A DNA stretch of 64,000 nucleotides from Eimeria praecox (GCA_963920595.1 OY986950.1:2914001-2978000); one strand, 5' to 3'. Positions 34,335-55,940 are shown, counted from the first letter of the stretch. A program made the numbers and translations. Notes: generated by a model not told the origin, from the letters alone.

Positions 34335-35187
34335 CAGCAGCAAGAGCAGCCCTAGGAACACTAGGAGCAGCAGTACAACCTGCTCGCATCGCTGCAAGCG
34401 TGATGGAAGACCCCACTACATCATCAGCAATAACAACAACAACAGCAACAGCAGCAACAGCAGCAGCAACAGCATCAACAGCAGCAACAGCATCAACAGC
34501 AGGTGTCTCTACATCCGCAAGCTGGTCTTCGTTTGTTTATTTCTGCTTTTGAATATTTGGGGTGTATATACAGCTGCAGCAGATGATGGCTTCCCCTTCT
34601 CGGGGCTGTGGCCGACGCAGACACTGCAGCAACTGCAGGGAGCATTAAGCAACACTTCTCTGGGATCGTTCTTAGTTAAAGGGAGAGGACAGAAGACAGC
34701 AGCAGCAGCAGCAACACCAGCAGCAACACCAGCAGCAGCAACACCAGCAGCAGCAGCAACATCAGCAGCAGCAACACCAGCAGCAGCAACAGCAGCAGCA
34801 GCAGCAGCACGGGGACATATTCCCCTTGTTGAAGCGATTCTACCAGAAGAACAGAGAGATGTATACACCCCACCACCTACGTCTCTGCTGTCTTTATCTG
34901 TCTCTCCTCCTGATGCAGCTTCATCGCATCTGCAGCAATTGCAGCACCGTCAGCTCCAGCTGCAGCAGCTGCACCAGCTGCAGCTGCAGCAGCAGCAGCA
35001 GCTGCAACAGCAGCAGCAGCTGCAGCAGCAGCAGGAACAGTTCGCCTTCAGCACACCCTTACTAGGCCACAGCAAAGCTAGCAGAGCAGCAGCAGCAGCA
35101 GAAAGAGCAGCACATGATGTTCGAATGTTGAGTGGATCTGTACAGGACTTCTTTACATCGCTGCAGCAGCAAATATCTATCCGTACA

Positions 35188-35228
<41 letters not shown>

Positions 35229-35582
35229 GCAGCTATACATGCTGCAGTGGGAGCCGCACGAGTGCCTGCAGCCATACGCTTTTGCTGCTGCTGTGCGGCG
35301 TACGCTGCAGCAGCAGCAGCAGCAAGCAGCAGATGCTGTGATGGCAGCCCGTGCAGCAATTGATGAAGAGATGCCTGAGCAGAAACTGGATGTAGAGCAG
35401 CAGCAGCAGCAGCAGCAGCAGCCGCAGCTGCTGCAGCATTCACAGCAGTGGCCCTCGCCTTCGCTGCTAGGAGACATAGATCGTTCTGCTGCTGCAGCAG
35501 CAGCAGGATGGGGTTATGCTGATGATAGCAGCAGCAGCGGGCTGCAGCAGCAGCAGTTGCTGCTGCAGCAGCAGATGTTGCT

Positions 35583-35615
<33 letters not shown>

Positions 35616-36091
35616 GCAGCAGCAGCAGCAACAGCTTCGGCTACAACTGCTGCATCGTCTGACAGAGGCAGAGAATCGTGTTGAGAAAGATATATTTAAG
35701 ATGCAGCAGCAGCTGCAGCAGCTATATATATTTGCTGATGATTGTGCTGTTGGGGCTGTAGGGGGCTTACAGCGTGAGGTGTCTAGCTTATCTGCTGCTG
35801 CTGCTTCTCTGCTGCAGCAAGACGAACAGTTTGCTGCTGTTGCTGCTGCTGCATTGCAGCAGGTTGTTATACTTCTCGGTGATAGAAACGCAACAACAGA
35901 AGACAGCACAGCAGGACAGAAGGCTTTAGAGACTGTGCTGCAGCCGCTGCTGCTGCAGCTAGAACAGCAGCAGCAACAGCTGCAGCAGCAACGTATGCCT
36001 GTGCTGCAGCAGCTTAAGAGCACACGGCGCCGGTTGAGTTTGTTGATGGAGACTGCAGCAGGTATAGCGAAATCAGCAGAAGGAGACAGCA

Positions 36092-36142
<51 letters not shown>

Positions 36143-36316
36143 GCAGGGGAGAAGGAGGGCCGTTCTGTGAGCAGCTGCTGCAGCAGTGGCAGCAGCTGCA
36201 GCCACCGGACTTCAGCTGGAGGCTGCTGCAGGCTCATCAACTCCATCATGAACGTGTACTTGACGGAGTCCGCTCTCTTACAAAAAATCTTAAACATTTT
36301 ATTGCTGCAGAGCAAT

Positions 36317-36352
<36 letters not shown>

Positions 36353-37076
36353 CAGCAGCAGGAACAGCAGACCATACAGACACCCCACATTCTACCTCCA
36401 AACACAATGGGAAGCACACACAACAGCAACAGCAACAGCAGCAGCAGCGTCTACAGCTGCAGCAGCAGCAATTGCTGCTGCAGAAGCAAGCACAGCAGCA
36501 GCTGCATGCATTGAAAGAAGCAGCAGAGGTTGCAGATTTGTCTCGTGCTTCGGGGTTTGCTGCTGCGGTGTCTGCTGAGGTAGACAGCGTCGATAGCATC
36601 GTTGCTGCTGCTGCTGCACTGCGTGATGCTGCGCTGCAGCTAGCAGCAGCAATCTACGGCGCGATGAGACCGCTGCATGATCATGGGGGGCCTGGCGAGC
36701 TCCCTATGGTAGCCTACCACCAGCAGCAGCAGCAGCAGCAGCAGGGGGAGCAGCAGCAGCAGGGGGAGCAGCAGCAGGGGGAGCAACAGCAGCAGGGGGA
36801 GCAGCAGCAGCAGGGGGAGCAGCAGCAGCAGCAGCAGCAGAGTGTGGGGCCTTTGCAGCGCATGCAGCCGGCAGAACTGATAGAGGAGATGGAGAGGCTG
36901 CAGCAGCGGGTTTTGCTGCAGATACAGAGAATTGCTGCAGCAACCACATCTCTAAATGCTTCTGCAGCAGCACATCATGCTGCTGCTGACGCAGCAGCAG
37001 CTGCTGCTGCTGCTGCTTCCCTTTGGAGCCCCGAGATGGAGACTCTCCAGCAACCAAACAGCCGAAACGCTCAGCT

Positions 37077-37109
<33 letters not shown>

Positions 37110-37807
37110 GCAAGAACCGCAGCAGCAGCAGCAAGAACCGCAGCAGCAGCAAGAACCGCAGCAGCAGCAGCAAGAGCCGCAGCAGCAGCAGCAAGAACCG
37201 CAGCAGCAGCAAGAACCGCAGCAGCAGCAGCAGGAATCGCAGCAGCAGCAAGAATCGCAGCAGCAAACAAGGGAGCAGGAAGACAGCAGCGGCGAGACAG
37301 CAGCAGCAGCAGCAGCTGCTGCTGCTGCTGATGGTAGTGAGGAGGCCGCTAACACTGCAGACGAAGGTGATGGTTCTGCTGCAGCAGCAGCAACAGCAGC
37401 AGCAGCAGCAGCAACAACAGCAGCAACAGCAGCAGCAGCAGCAGAAACAACACCATCACCACCACCAGCGGGAGGTGCAGCAGGAGGCTCGAGCTTAGAT
37501 GCTGCTGCAGCATCAGAGTCGCATGAAGCAGCAGCAGCATCAGCAGCAGCAGCAGCAGCAGATAAGTTGCATCAGTGTATATCAAGATGTTTGATGGCCC
37601 TGCAGCAGCGAATAGAGGAAGCAGCAGAAATGTATGGGGGGGCGCAGCAGCTACTAGCAGCAGCAGCAGCAGCAGCAGCAGATAGAGAAGCAGCAGAACT
37701 CTATGCATATCAATCAAGAGCTAGAAGAGAGAAGAAGATGGTTTTGGAGGGGACGAGGGAGTTCATGAGGCAAGATATAAGAAGACAAGCAACAGAACAA
37801 ATTAAAC

Positions 37808-37843
<36 letters not shown>

Positions 37844-37890
37844 GTGGTGGTAGTGGAAGCAGCAGCCCAGATGCTGCTTCACCGGCGTAA
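34231..37890 (+). CDS. Hypothetical 1219-aa Q/A-rich helical protein with a recessed signal peptide or type II membrane anchor
   Basis: 3.7-kb uninterrupted ORF (track start 34162 is TTG; first in-frame ATG is 34231) with many non-repetitive segments, hydrophobic stretch RK-LVFVCLFLLLNIWGVYTAAA (~34520-34580), and GEQQQQ and QQQQEP tandem repeats. No family recognised. Confidence 0.75.
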
Positions 37891-37951
37891 CAAACTCACA
37901 GACACTCCTTCGCCCGATGCTGCTGCTGCTGCTGCTGCAGCAGCAGCAGCT

Positions 37952-37984
<33 letters not shown>

Positions 37985-38439
37985 CGATGTCAGCAGCAAA
38001 CATCCGATACAGTAATGCATCTATAAGAACAAACACCTACATACATATATGCGTTATATATTATATATATTATTATATATATATTATATTATATTATATA
38101 CATATTATATGTAATATAATATATATCATATAATATATATAATATATATTATATGTATTATGTATATTATATATATTATATATCGTTTGTAATATATATA
38201 AATATACAGAAACAAATGCAGCAGCAATCTATCTTCAGCTTAATTGTTGAGCTGTCTATACACCGCAGAGGGGTCTTCGTCTACCTTATTACGAAGATAT
38301 GCAGCGAATCGCCGCTGCACTGCAGCAGCAACAGCAGCAGCAGCAGCAACAGCAGCAACAGCAGCAACAGCAGCAACAGCAGCAACAGCAGCAACAGACA
38401 TAATGTTTAACTGAGTATGTACTTAACTGCTATATGGAG

Positions 38440-38478
<39 letters not shown>

Positions 38479-38796
38479 AAATGTTTGTAACGAAGACTTC
38501 GCTCGTACAAGCTGAGGGGTTTATATGCTTAATCTATCGAAGCTGTCTCTATATTATTATATTGTATTATAACATTATTATATTATATTATTATATTATA
38601 TTATTATATTATTATATTATTATATTATTATATTATTATATTATTATATTATTATATTATTATTATTATATTGCATTATTATATTATATTATTATTATTA
38701 TATTGTTATTATATTATTATATTATTTTCACGCAGGGTTTGTCTTTTGTTTGCTCTGTGCAACCCAACGCGTCTCTCATCCCCCCGTTGCATGCAG

Positions 38797-38831
<35 letters not shown>

Positions 38832-39161
38832 TGAATCAGCAGCAGCAGCAACAGCAGGGAGGAACGGAGGATGCAAGGGAATAGAGTTTGTTTGCAAGGA
38901 TCTGCTATCAGCGCTATAATAACAATTATAATAATATAATAATATAATAATATAATATAATAATATAATAATATAATATTATAATAATATAATATTATAA
39001 TAATATAATAATAATAATATAGTAGGCTTGTAGTTGAAGTTCATTGCTTCGCGACGGCAGCAGGTAATGTCTTGCGCTGTGCTGCTTCTAACGCACCTGA
39101 ACATACAGCAGCAGCAGCAACTGCAGCAGCAACAACTGCAGCAGCAGCAGCTGCTGCTGCT

Positions 39162-39195
<34 letters not shown>

Positions 39196-39642
39196 CAGAA
39201 CAGCCCGCAGCAGCAGCTGAGAGGGTTTGTTTCACTACGTTTTGTGTTTGGATTTGCCTGAGCCTGCGGCAGCAGCCGTCGGTGTCTTTGGGGCTTTTAA
39301 ACGGGGAGATGCATGCATTGCTGCTAGGTTTGACCTGTTGCTGCTGTTGCTGCTGTTGCTGCTGCTGTTGCTGCTGCTGCTGTTGCTGCTGCTGTTGCTG
39401 CTGCTGTTGCTGCTGCTGCTGTTGCTGCTGCTGCTATTGCTGCTGTTGTTGCTGCTGTTGCTGCTGTTGCTTGGGGAGCTAGGCAGAAGATACATTAGGA
39501 AGGAGAGCAGCTAAGAAGGAAAAGCAAGGAGGAGGCAGCCGATGTATAAGAGACAATTAAAGTTATAAAATATATTAAAAGAGAGACAGAGAAGCTCTAC
39601 AGATGAAAACAAATAGACAGCCCCACAAACATAGAGGGGGGG

Positions 39643-39668
39643 TGCATGCATGCATGCGTGCATGCATG
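39643..39668. promoter_or_regulatory. Multimerised TGCATGCA motif (known coccidian octamer, ApiAP2-type site); also at ~48631-48671 and ~49154-49176, plus many single copies
   Basis: Sequence seen directly; a regulatory role is inferred from apicomplexan literature and not shown here. Confidence 0.5.
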
Positions 39669-40029
39669 GGCAAGTTGTTATATTTGTTTCTACTTGTTTC
39701 TTCTTCGCTATCTCTAATATTTATCTCTCTGGCTGTCACACTCGTTCTCTTCTATCTATCCCTCTCCCTTTCGGTCTCTCTCTCTCTCCGTGTGTCTGTC
39801 TCTTTCTTTCTTTTCTTGTTTTTCTTTCTCTCTCTGTCTCTCTCTTTCTGTATCTTTCTCTGTCTTTCCTCTATCCCTGTCTATCTCCCATTATCTTCTT
39901 CGTCTCTCTCTTTCTCTCTTATGAAGGAGGCCTCTGTCTTAGCTGGCAGCCTGAATAAGAGGACAGCCCCTCTAAGGAAATATCAGAGGCTATTTCTGTT
40001 GTTTGTTTGGAGTTGTAGTTGAATACTGA

Positions 40030-43000
40030 GTTGCTGTAAGTAGAGAAGGAGACAGAAAAAAATCTAAGATAATTAGATTAAGACGAAGGGAGAAGGGCAG
40101 GCCCTTACAGCCTCCTACAGTCCCGAAGGCTTTCTTGTCCTCTTTCCACATTTTCTGTTTTTTCCTTAGCTAGCTAGAGAAAGAACTCAATTTAAAGTGT
40201 TATGAAGTGTTGAAACAAGCAAATGTTGATATACAACTTAGATACGATTTTAAAGACCAACAACAACCAGTATATATAAATGACAGAGGGAGGGAAGCTT
40301 AAGAAAGGGGGGAGGGGTCTCCAAAGAGCTGCATCGGTGTACAGACACCCTAAACTACAGTCTATGATGCTGCTGCACGCATGCAGCAAAAGGAGCACTA
40401 GCTGTACCTGCATGCGGGGCTGCCTTCCAGCGGAACAATGCGCTGAGAAACCCACGACAGGCCTATTCGTGTCTCTACCAGCTCCACGCCCCAAAGCCGC
40501 TGTGCCGAGGAAGGATGGAGGGTGAAGGGGAGGGCAGATATCTTTTACTAGTTTTTTCTTCAAGTATCAGACTCCATTGCAGATCGTGAAGGTCTTTCTC
40601 GTTGCGTGTGAGAGGTGCAAGCAGCAAATTCTACTTCCTGCTGCAGGGAAGCTTAGCGCGTAGCTGCTGCTGGTGGAAAAGAAAGCAATCCCCTCTCCCC
40701 CAAGACCATTAAATATTCTTCGTGAAATCTTCCTCAAAGCCTCAGGCTTTTCCCTGAGTGCATTATGGATATTGATCATGGTCTACCCTTGAGTGGGGAG
40801 ACAACCCACGGTCAAAGCCTCACCGAACAGAAACACTCTCGATTCTCTCCTCGTATCCTGTGGGAAGTGCATGCCCACCATGAGCAATTCATGAATGCTT
40901 CTGTATCTGCTGACTACCCTGATATTACCGGTGCAAGCTCTGCTACTATTCTTTGTAGACGGCAGATACGACACGATATGATATGTAAAAAATGTGGGAG
41001 TAAAATGCGAGCTTCATTCAGAAATGGGTCATGTTAGTATGTTGCTGGACTTCTACGTCGGGCCAGCTCACCAAGAAATAATCCTAGACAGGCCATGGAA
41101 GACTAAGGGGAGGGAGCGCACGCTGCGCCAATCAATCAACAGTATTGAGGTGTGTTCGGGAAAGAGTGTATGTACACCTCTGAGCGCTCCCAACAGATAC
41201 TGCATTCTCTACGGTAAGGGGAGTGGAATCAGCGATCCAAGGAAAAAGGAGCGAGGTGGCTCCTACGCAGAGTAGAGACACCGGAGGAGGCGACGGAGAA
41301 ATGCATGCACTCCCTTGCGAAGGTGTCCCGACAGCCACAATGTGGGGGATTCGATCCCCTTAGCACAAGAGGAACAACAGAAAGAATAAAAATTGGAGGA
41401 GTAGCTTTCAGGTGTAGCCTGTAATAAGGAGCTTGCAGCGGGACAGCCACCCGCTGTACGTGCAAAATGCTGCATCGAATTCATCCCCGGGAAAGCCCCA
41501 AAACATGTATCAAGTACTGGCGACCCCACATCATGAGGGGGGAATCAAGCAACCAAGCAGCACCAAGCAAAAGAACTGTCACAAAGAAGAAAGGTTGAAT
41601 TGTCAACTAGCGTCTGTGTGCACAATCCGGTGTTGGCGAAGAGAAAAGACGGGAGGTCGTGCGTGCGTAACTCAAGGGTGCAGTAGCAGGTGCAGCAAGT
41701 CATTGACAAGAGACGCAACGACAAGCGATGGAAGAGCATGGGATGCGGCAGCAATGGATGCGGCAGCAACAGCCAGATACCCGGCAGGTGTATGGGGAGG
41801 AGGCGATGTAGCCTCCACGCGAACACTCGCTACAGCAGCAGCATCTGCGGAGGCAACCCCTGCTGGGTGTCTCCTTTCTGTGTTGAGCGATCAGGAGCGC
41901 GAGGCCCCGCGCGGGCTAAGGGAAAAGGGGACGGGAAGCATATGTGGAATGCTTTGGCTGATGTTGGTACTCTTAACCCTACTTGCTCGCAGGGCCCTCC
42001 ACCACGCTGGTGCCTGCAATCAAAGGGGAAATGACTGTACCTGCATGAGGGGCTGTCTTGTAGCAATAGCTGCAGCAAGATGCATTGAAGCCCATGCCAG
42101 GCCTGCCCACGGCTCCACCGGGTCCAGGTCCCTGTGCCGCTGTGCTGAGGATGATTGGAGGCTGGAGGGTAGTAGTATTGCAGATCATGGTAGCCCTTGG
42201 ATAAGATCAAAGACTCTCATTACAGATCAGATATATAAAGAACGGGGGAGAGGCCCAGCGTGCCTGTTCAATTTTGGAGCACTCGTGGAGTTCCCCTCTG
42301 CACTTGACAAAGAAAATATAAAAACCAACAAAACGGGTGGGGGAGGGGGATAGTCCAGATCTTTTCAGAAATAGATTTTTTCGAGATTATTACGGATTGC
42401 TGTATCGGATCTATTAGGGAGGAACAAACCCAGGGGATTCTGTTGGTGCTTGACTGAGGAGGCCAGGGCTGTAGCTTTCAGAAAGTACTATTAGGCGAGG
42501 AAGTAGTAAGCAAGTGCGCCCATCACGTTTTACAACGGTCTTTACATTCTGTATGCTAAGACCAGGGGGGAATATTCGCTAAAGGTAAAGGAATAGGGAA
42601 AGTTGAAAGTATCTCTGAGGTATCAAAGGAGACAATGGAGAAATGCAAGAACAGGCGGTTGCCCTACAAATATACATGCTAGCAAAAATTGAATCAATTA
42701 GAAAACAAGGATCAGAAGACGCTGAAACCTCTGAAGGAAAGGCTTGCAAACATCTAAAGTAACAACGCCCTACCCTCTGTGCACCCAACAGTTGGACGCC
42801 CAATGCACTGCACCAAAACCACCACCACAATATAGCCCCAACCCTCCGTACCGAGGTGCAGAGGACGCCTGTATCTTGGAGAAATACGGGCAATAGGCGA
42901 AGGGAACTCTAAGAGAGAGTACACTTCAATAGCAGAGTAGCTCGTTGAGGCACAGTATAAGACAGCCGACACTAAACGGAAGGAGCTCGCTCATGTGAGT

Positions 43001-44560
43001 AAGCTTCAAGCCCCTTAACAAAACAGCTGTGACCAAAACGTTCCCGTCTCCTGGGATCGATGAATCTCTTCAGGTTAGGTTTATTAGCTCAAACATATAC
43101 TCATCGTTCGGCTGTGCCTACGCGTTCTCATGGAATGTTCTATATACACGGCACAAACGCCTGTCTAACTCTCCCCAAGGCAGTTATGCATGCAGGGTGC
43201 ACGTGCATGCATTGGGGCTTGTGACTGCACCCGACAGAGAGCAGCAGCAGGCGTATCCCTTTTCTTCGTTTCGATCCAACCAGCCAGTGGTGGATAGCCG
43301 TTTACTTGGGTGATGTGCTTAAGCTCAGCTCCTAAAGGTAGCAGGTAGCTTCTAACGTTTTGCTTGCCCGCAAAAGGAGTTGAACGAGACTCAGCGAAGA
43401 TCGAGGCATCTCGCTCCTGGGGGCACTTTCCTTCGATCTCTAACAGCAAACTGACGACTCAGAAAACAACCAAATAATTGTATAATGCCCACAGCTTCTA
43501 TGGACAGAACGCTGAAGCAGAAAGCTTCGTGTGACTCTTAAGGATGTGCAGACATTGCTTGTAAGACTACCATTTTACTGTACAAACCCGTCATAAACAA
43601 ACATATTTGGGGACTTGAACAACGAGAGAATATGGGTTATGAATTTTGCTACTCATAGAGTGCAACCCCACAACAAAGGATACTACTAATCAGATCATCA
43701 CGGCTGTAGTCGCTGATGCCCTCTCCCTTGAACCTCCCCCCTTGAATCTCAACGACACTGTTTCCTAATTGCGTTTATGTGGGAACAATCTACACTTATT
43801 CCGGCTCTCTATATTCCTCCTAGGATCCTCCATACATCCGAGGGTGCAACGAATCCTCGATATTAGCATAGGGCTGCTCTAGTAGATTCTGCAGAAAGTA
43901 AATATTTGTATAATACCTACGTTCACGTTCTCTATGGAAGATCAAGTACGTGTTTGAAGATAGATTGCATTAAAGTCTACAATGCTAGCGCATGCAACAG
44001 AAGGGCCACTGGATATGCATGCCTATGCAGCTGATGCTGCCTTGCAGCATGAGCTGCAGCAAAGTGCGTTGAATCCCATGACAAGCCTGCCCACGCTCCC
44101 AGAATCTCCATGCCCCTGTGCCGCTGCACTCAGTTGGGCTGTTGACTGGAGGGGCGATCATACGCGTTTAATACGTTTTTTCTTCAAAGTATTCTATGAC
44201 AGCTCATGAACGCCCTCAAACAACTTCGAGGACCCCCGTTATACCCACCATCCTGATCTGCGATAGAATCCAAATGCTTAGGGCCCCCTCACCCTCAGCC
44301 TGTCAAGATAGTGGACACAGAAACCTAAGGGCCTCTGATCCCGGGGCTGAGATGGATCATACTATCTTACTAAGCTGCAGACCCCCCCCCCCCCCCCAAC
44401 GTGCTACTGCCCTCAGAGCGAGGTAGCCTCCCCCTGCTGCATAACTAAGCCCTCTTATCTGTATGTTCTAACATCGTAAACAATTATGAAACTCTTACTT
44501 TACACTAAATAGCCACACTTAAATTATAGAGAAGCAGCTGCATGTTATATCCCCCATCAT
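40030..44560 (+). mobile_element. Degenerate Ty3/gypsy-type LTR retrotransposon remnant (protease-like, RT and RNase H relics) with three diverged direct repeats; boundaries approximate
   Basis: Island lacking microsatellites. Plus-strand relics in pol order: NGRSSLM*VSFKPLNKTAVTKTFPSPGIDESL (from 42975; cf. DGSLRMCVDYRxLNKxT..FPLPRIDELL), PQGSY..V..LGLVTAP (cf. G.YE..VMPFGL.NAP), WIAVYLGDVL (~43290-43320; decayed YLDD), GVERDSAKIEASRSW (~43376-43420), CRHCL*DYHFTVQTRHK (43547-43597; RNase H WRHYL..FTV.TDHK), VVADALS (43706-43726). Chromovirus-like gypsy elements are known in Eimeria. Confidence 0.8.
42975..43726 (+). pseudogene. Retrotransposon pol pseudogene fragment (reverse transcriptase + RNase H) with stops, frameshifts and internal deletions
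   Basis: In-frame TGA at 42996, frameshift before the YLGD motif, stop within the RNase H motif; catalytic YxDD reads YLGD. Confidence 0.78.
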
Positions 44561-44762
44561 AGACAGGCAGAGCAGCACACGCATCCGTCAACGTGTTGTA
44601 TGTTGTTTGAATGCGTTAAACAATTGCTACAATTGCTTTTCGGAATCATAAAAGTATTCATTTTCAAATATTTAAATGTTATTTATTTAAATCTTTTATG
44701 TTTATTCGAGACGCCAACGTAGTCTAGACGCCGAGACTCCTATTGAGCAAGTGTTGAGGAGG

Positions 44763-44778
44763 GGGTGTACGTACACCC
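44763..44778. promoter_or_regulatory. Perfect 16-bp palindrome GGGTGTACGTACACCC upstream of BDP1; representative of a dispersed GGTGT-N4-ACACC family
   Basis: The exact 14-mer GGTGTACGTACACC also occurs at 6018, 7492, 58105 and 60629. Function inferred only. Confidence 0.5.
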
Positions 44779-45599
44779 GAGGAGTAGCAGCCTCCCCTGT
44801 TTGTGTAGTGTTTGATGATGGTAATCTGTCCATTAAAATATAAAATTAAGGTTAATAAACACATTAAACATATTCTAATTTCGTTTTTCTTTCTATATTC
44901 CCACTTGTTACAGCAACAACAGCAACAACAACAGCAGCAGAAGCCAGCAGCTGCAGCCCCTCTCGTCTGCTGTTGTGCTGTTTGTGTTGCTGCATCGCAT
45001 GCATTGTTTGCTGTTTGTTTTTGATTGTTTTAACTCTTTTTACAATTGCTTCGCTGTATTTATTTCATATTTATTTTTTTTTTCTTTTTATGTATGCATT
45101 TATTGAGGCGGATGCAGCAGGACCCTATCATCAACCTTCTTGCTGCTCTTGCGGTGAGTCTGTAGCTGGTGTTCTCCCCCTATATCTCTCTCTGTTTAGG
45201 GTTTTAGTTTATTCTTATCTCTATACTCTCTGTCAGACACTGATGCATGTACTGCTGTCAAGGGAGCCCCTTTTGGATTGATTGAAGCTGCTGCTGCTGC
45301 TGCTGCTGCAGCTGCAGCTGCTGTGGCTGCTGTAGCAGCAGCGGCGCCAGGAGCTGCTGCTGTTGCTGCTGCTGCAGTAAAGGGGGGGGAGGGGGATCTA
45401 CCTTCTTAACTATTCAACTCGAATTGGAGCAGCAGCAACAGCAGCAGCAGCAGCAGCAGCTGAGGCGTCACTGGAGCGTGTGCTTCGGCTCACTACAGCA
45501 TCAGCAGCAGCAGCAGCAGGTGCAGCAACATAAACAACAACATTAAGATTACTATCAACAGCAGCAAGAATAAAAACAACAACAACAGCAGCAGCAAGA

Positions 45600-50024
<4,425 letters not shown>

Positions 50025-50272
50025 AGTTAAATACGTTTTAATAATTAAAAGCAGTATCTGCTGCAACTGTCTAGCTCATTTGCTGCTGTTGCAGTTTGGG
50101 GTGTATGTACACCTAAGGGGACGATGATGATGTCGCCTCCAACTTTCTCTTCTTTCTTTTATTTCTTACATTTATTCTTTTAAATTATTATTATTTCTTG
50201 TTTATTAATTTTAAGATACCCCTATTTAATATCTACCTGCAGCTTATTATTATATTTTATTATATACTAAGC

Positions 50273-50332
<60 letters not shown>

Positions 50333-50402
50333 TAGTAGTAGTTTATTAAATAATAAAAACTAATAAAATAATAAAAACAAATTAATTTATATTAATTAGT
50401 TG

Positions 50403-54250
<3,848 letters not shown>

Positions 54251-54506
54251 GGATCTGCAGCAAGCAACAGCTACTACCTGTGCTGCTGCAGCAGCAGCTG
54301 CTGCTGAGGAGCCTGCTGCTGCTGCTGCAGCAGGAACAGCAACAGCAGCAACAGCAGCAACAGCAGCAACAGCAGCAGAAGACAGACAGCAACAGCAGCA
54401 AATACAGCTCCCTCTCTCTCTGACTCTTCTTTGATGACAGACAGCGAGAAATAAAAATTAATAAAACATCAAACTACTCAATTTCGTATTACTAGGTCTG
54501 CTGTTA

Positions 54507-54544
<38 letters not shown>

Positions 54545-54822
54545 AGGGGGCTGCTGCCGACTGCTGCTACGCATGCACGACACAGCAGCAGCAGCAGCAG
54601 CACGCTGTATGTGCAGCAGCAGCAGCAGCAGCAAGTTAATAAAAATAAGAAATAAATTAATTAGATAAAACAAATATGAAAGACACAGCATCCTCCCAGC
54701 CTAAGGCTGGCTGACTTGCAGCAGCAGTAGCAGCAGCTCCTGCTGCTGCTGCTGCTACTGCTGCTGCTGCTGCAGCTGTTGCTGCTGCTGCTGTCGACAC
54801 GACCATTACTACCGTGAATACT

Positions 54823-54907
54823 ATGGCGCTTGTGCATGCGCGCCGCCACAGCAGCAGCAACAGCAGCGGGAACAGCAGCAGCAGCAGCGGGAGCAGCAGC
54901 AGCAGCA

Positions 54908-54944
<37 letters not shown>

Positions 54945-55362
54945 GGATCTACCGAAGCTGGGGCCGGGCATGCAGCGGCTGCTGCTGCGTTATTTAGCTA
55001 TGAGCGACGAACCTGCTGCTGCCTATGCTTATCTTCTAAAGCCCCCGCAGCAGCAGCAGCAGCAGCAGCTGCAGCAGCAGCTGCAGCAGCAGCAGCAGCT
55101 GCTGCAGCAGTCTTGCAGCAGCACCTCCGGCGTAGCGCAGCTGCAGCTTGAACAGCAGCATGTGCAGCAGCAGCAGCAGCTGCTGCAGCAACAGCTGCAG
55201 CAAACCACCAACTCGAGACCGCAGCAGCAGCAACAGCAGCAACAGCAGCAGCAGCAGCAGCTACAGCAGCAAACAGCGCCTTCTAGCGACTACCGAGATG
55301 CATTCACAGTGCAGCAACAGCCACAGCCACAGCAGCAGCAGCAACAACAACTGCAGCAGCAA

Positions 55363-55396
<34 letters not shown>

Positions 55397-55547
55397 TTGA
55401 GCCACAACTCATAAGCGTTGCACTCCGTTCTTCGATGCAGCGCCTGCAGCAGCAGCAGCAGCTGCTGCAGCAGCAGCAGCAGCAGCCGCAGACAGCCTTG
55501 CTGCAACTGCTGCCGCCCCCGCAGTTACAGCTGCAGCAACCTGTGAC

Positions 55548-55590
<43 letters not shown>

Positions 55591-55727
55591 CAAGCTGCAG
55601 CTGCAGTCTCGACTGAAAGCCAGCTACAGGGTTTGCAGCAGCAGCTGCAGCAGCTGCAGCTGCAGCAGCGAACGTTGCAGGTGTTTCTTAACCCGAAAGA
55701 CCCTGCGCCTGTCGGCAGCAGCACCTG

Positions 55728-55759
<32 letters not shown>

Positions 55760-55940
55760 TGCAGCAACAGCAGCTGCAGCAGTGCTCGCACATTCTGCCT
55801 CCGCCACAGCAGCTGCAGCAACAGCAACTGTTGCAGCAGCAGCAACCGTTGCCGTTGCAGCAGCAGCAACCGTTGCAGCAGCAGCAACCGTTGCAGCAGC
55901 AGCAACTGTTGCCGTTGCTGCAGCAGCAGCAATCGTTGCT

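Noticed and set aside
41341..41362. GGGGGATTCGATCCCCT resembling a tRNA T-arm or primer-binding site
   Set aside because: Lacks the canonical G before TTCGA and I could not build a cloverleaf; just a short hairpin.
41433..42353. 306-aa ORF inside the retroelement as intact gag
   Set aside because: No zinc knuckle or capsid motif recognised, non-ATG start, and it runs through a direct-repeat block; probably a chance frame.
43730..43965. Integrase or chromodomain remnant after RNase H
   Set aside because: Only a weak LYIP-like word; no HHCC or DDE motifs recognisable.
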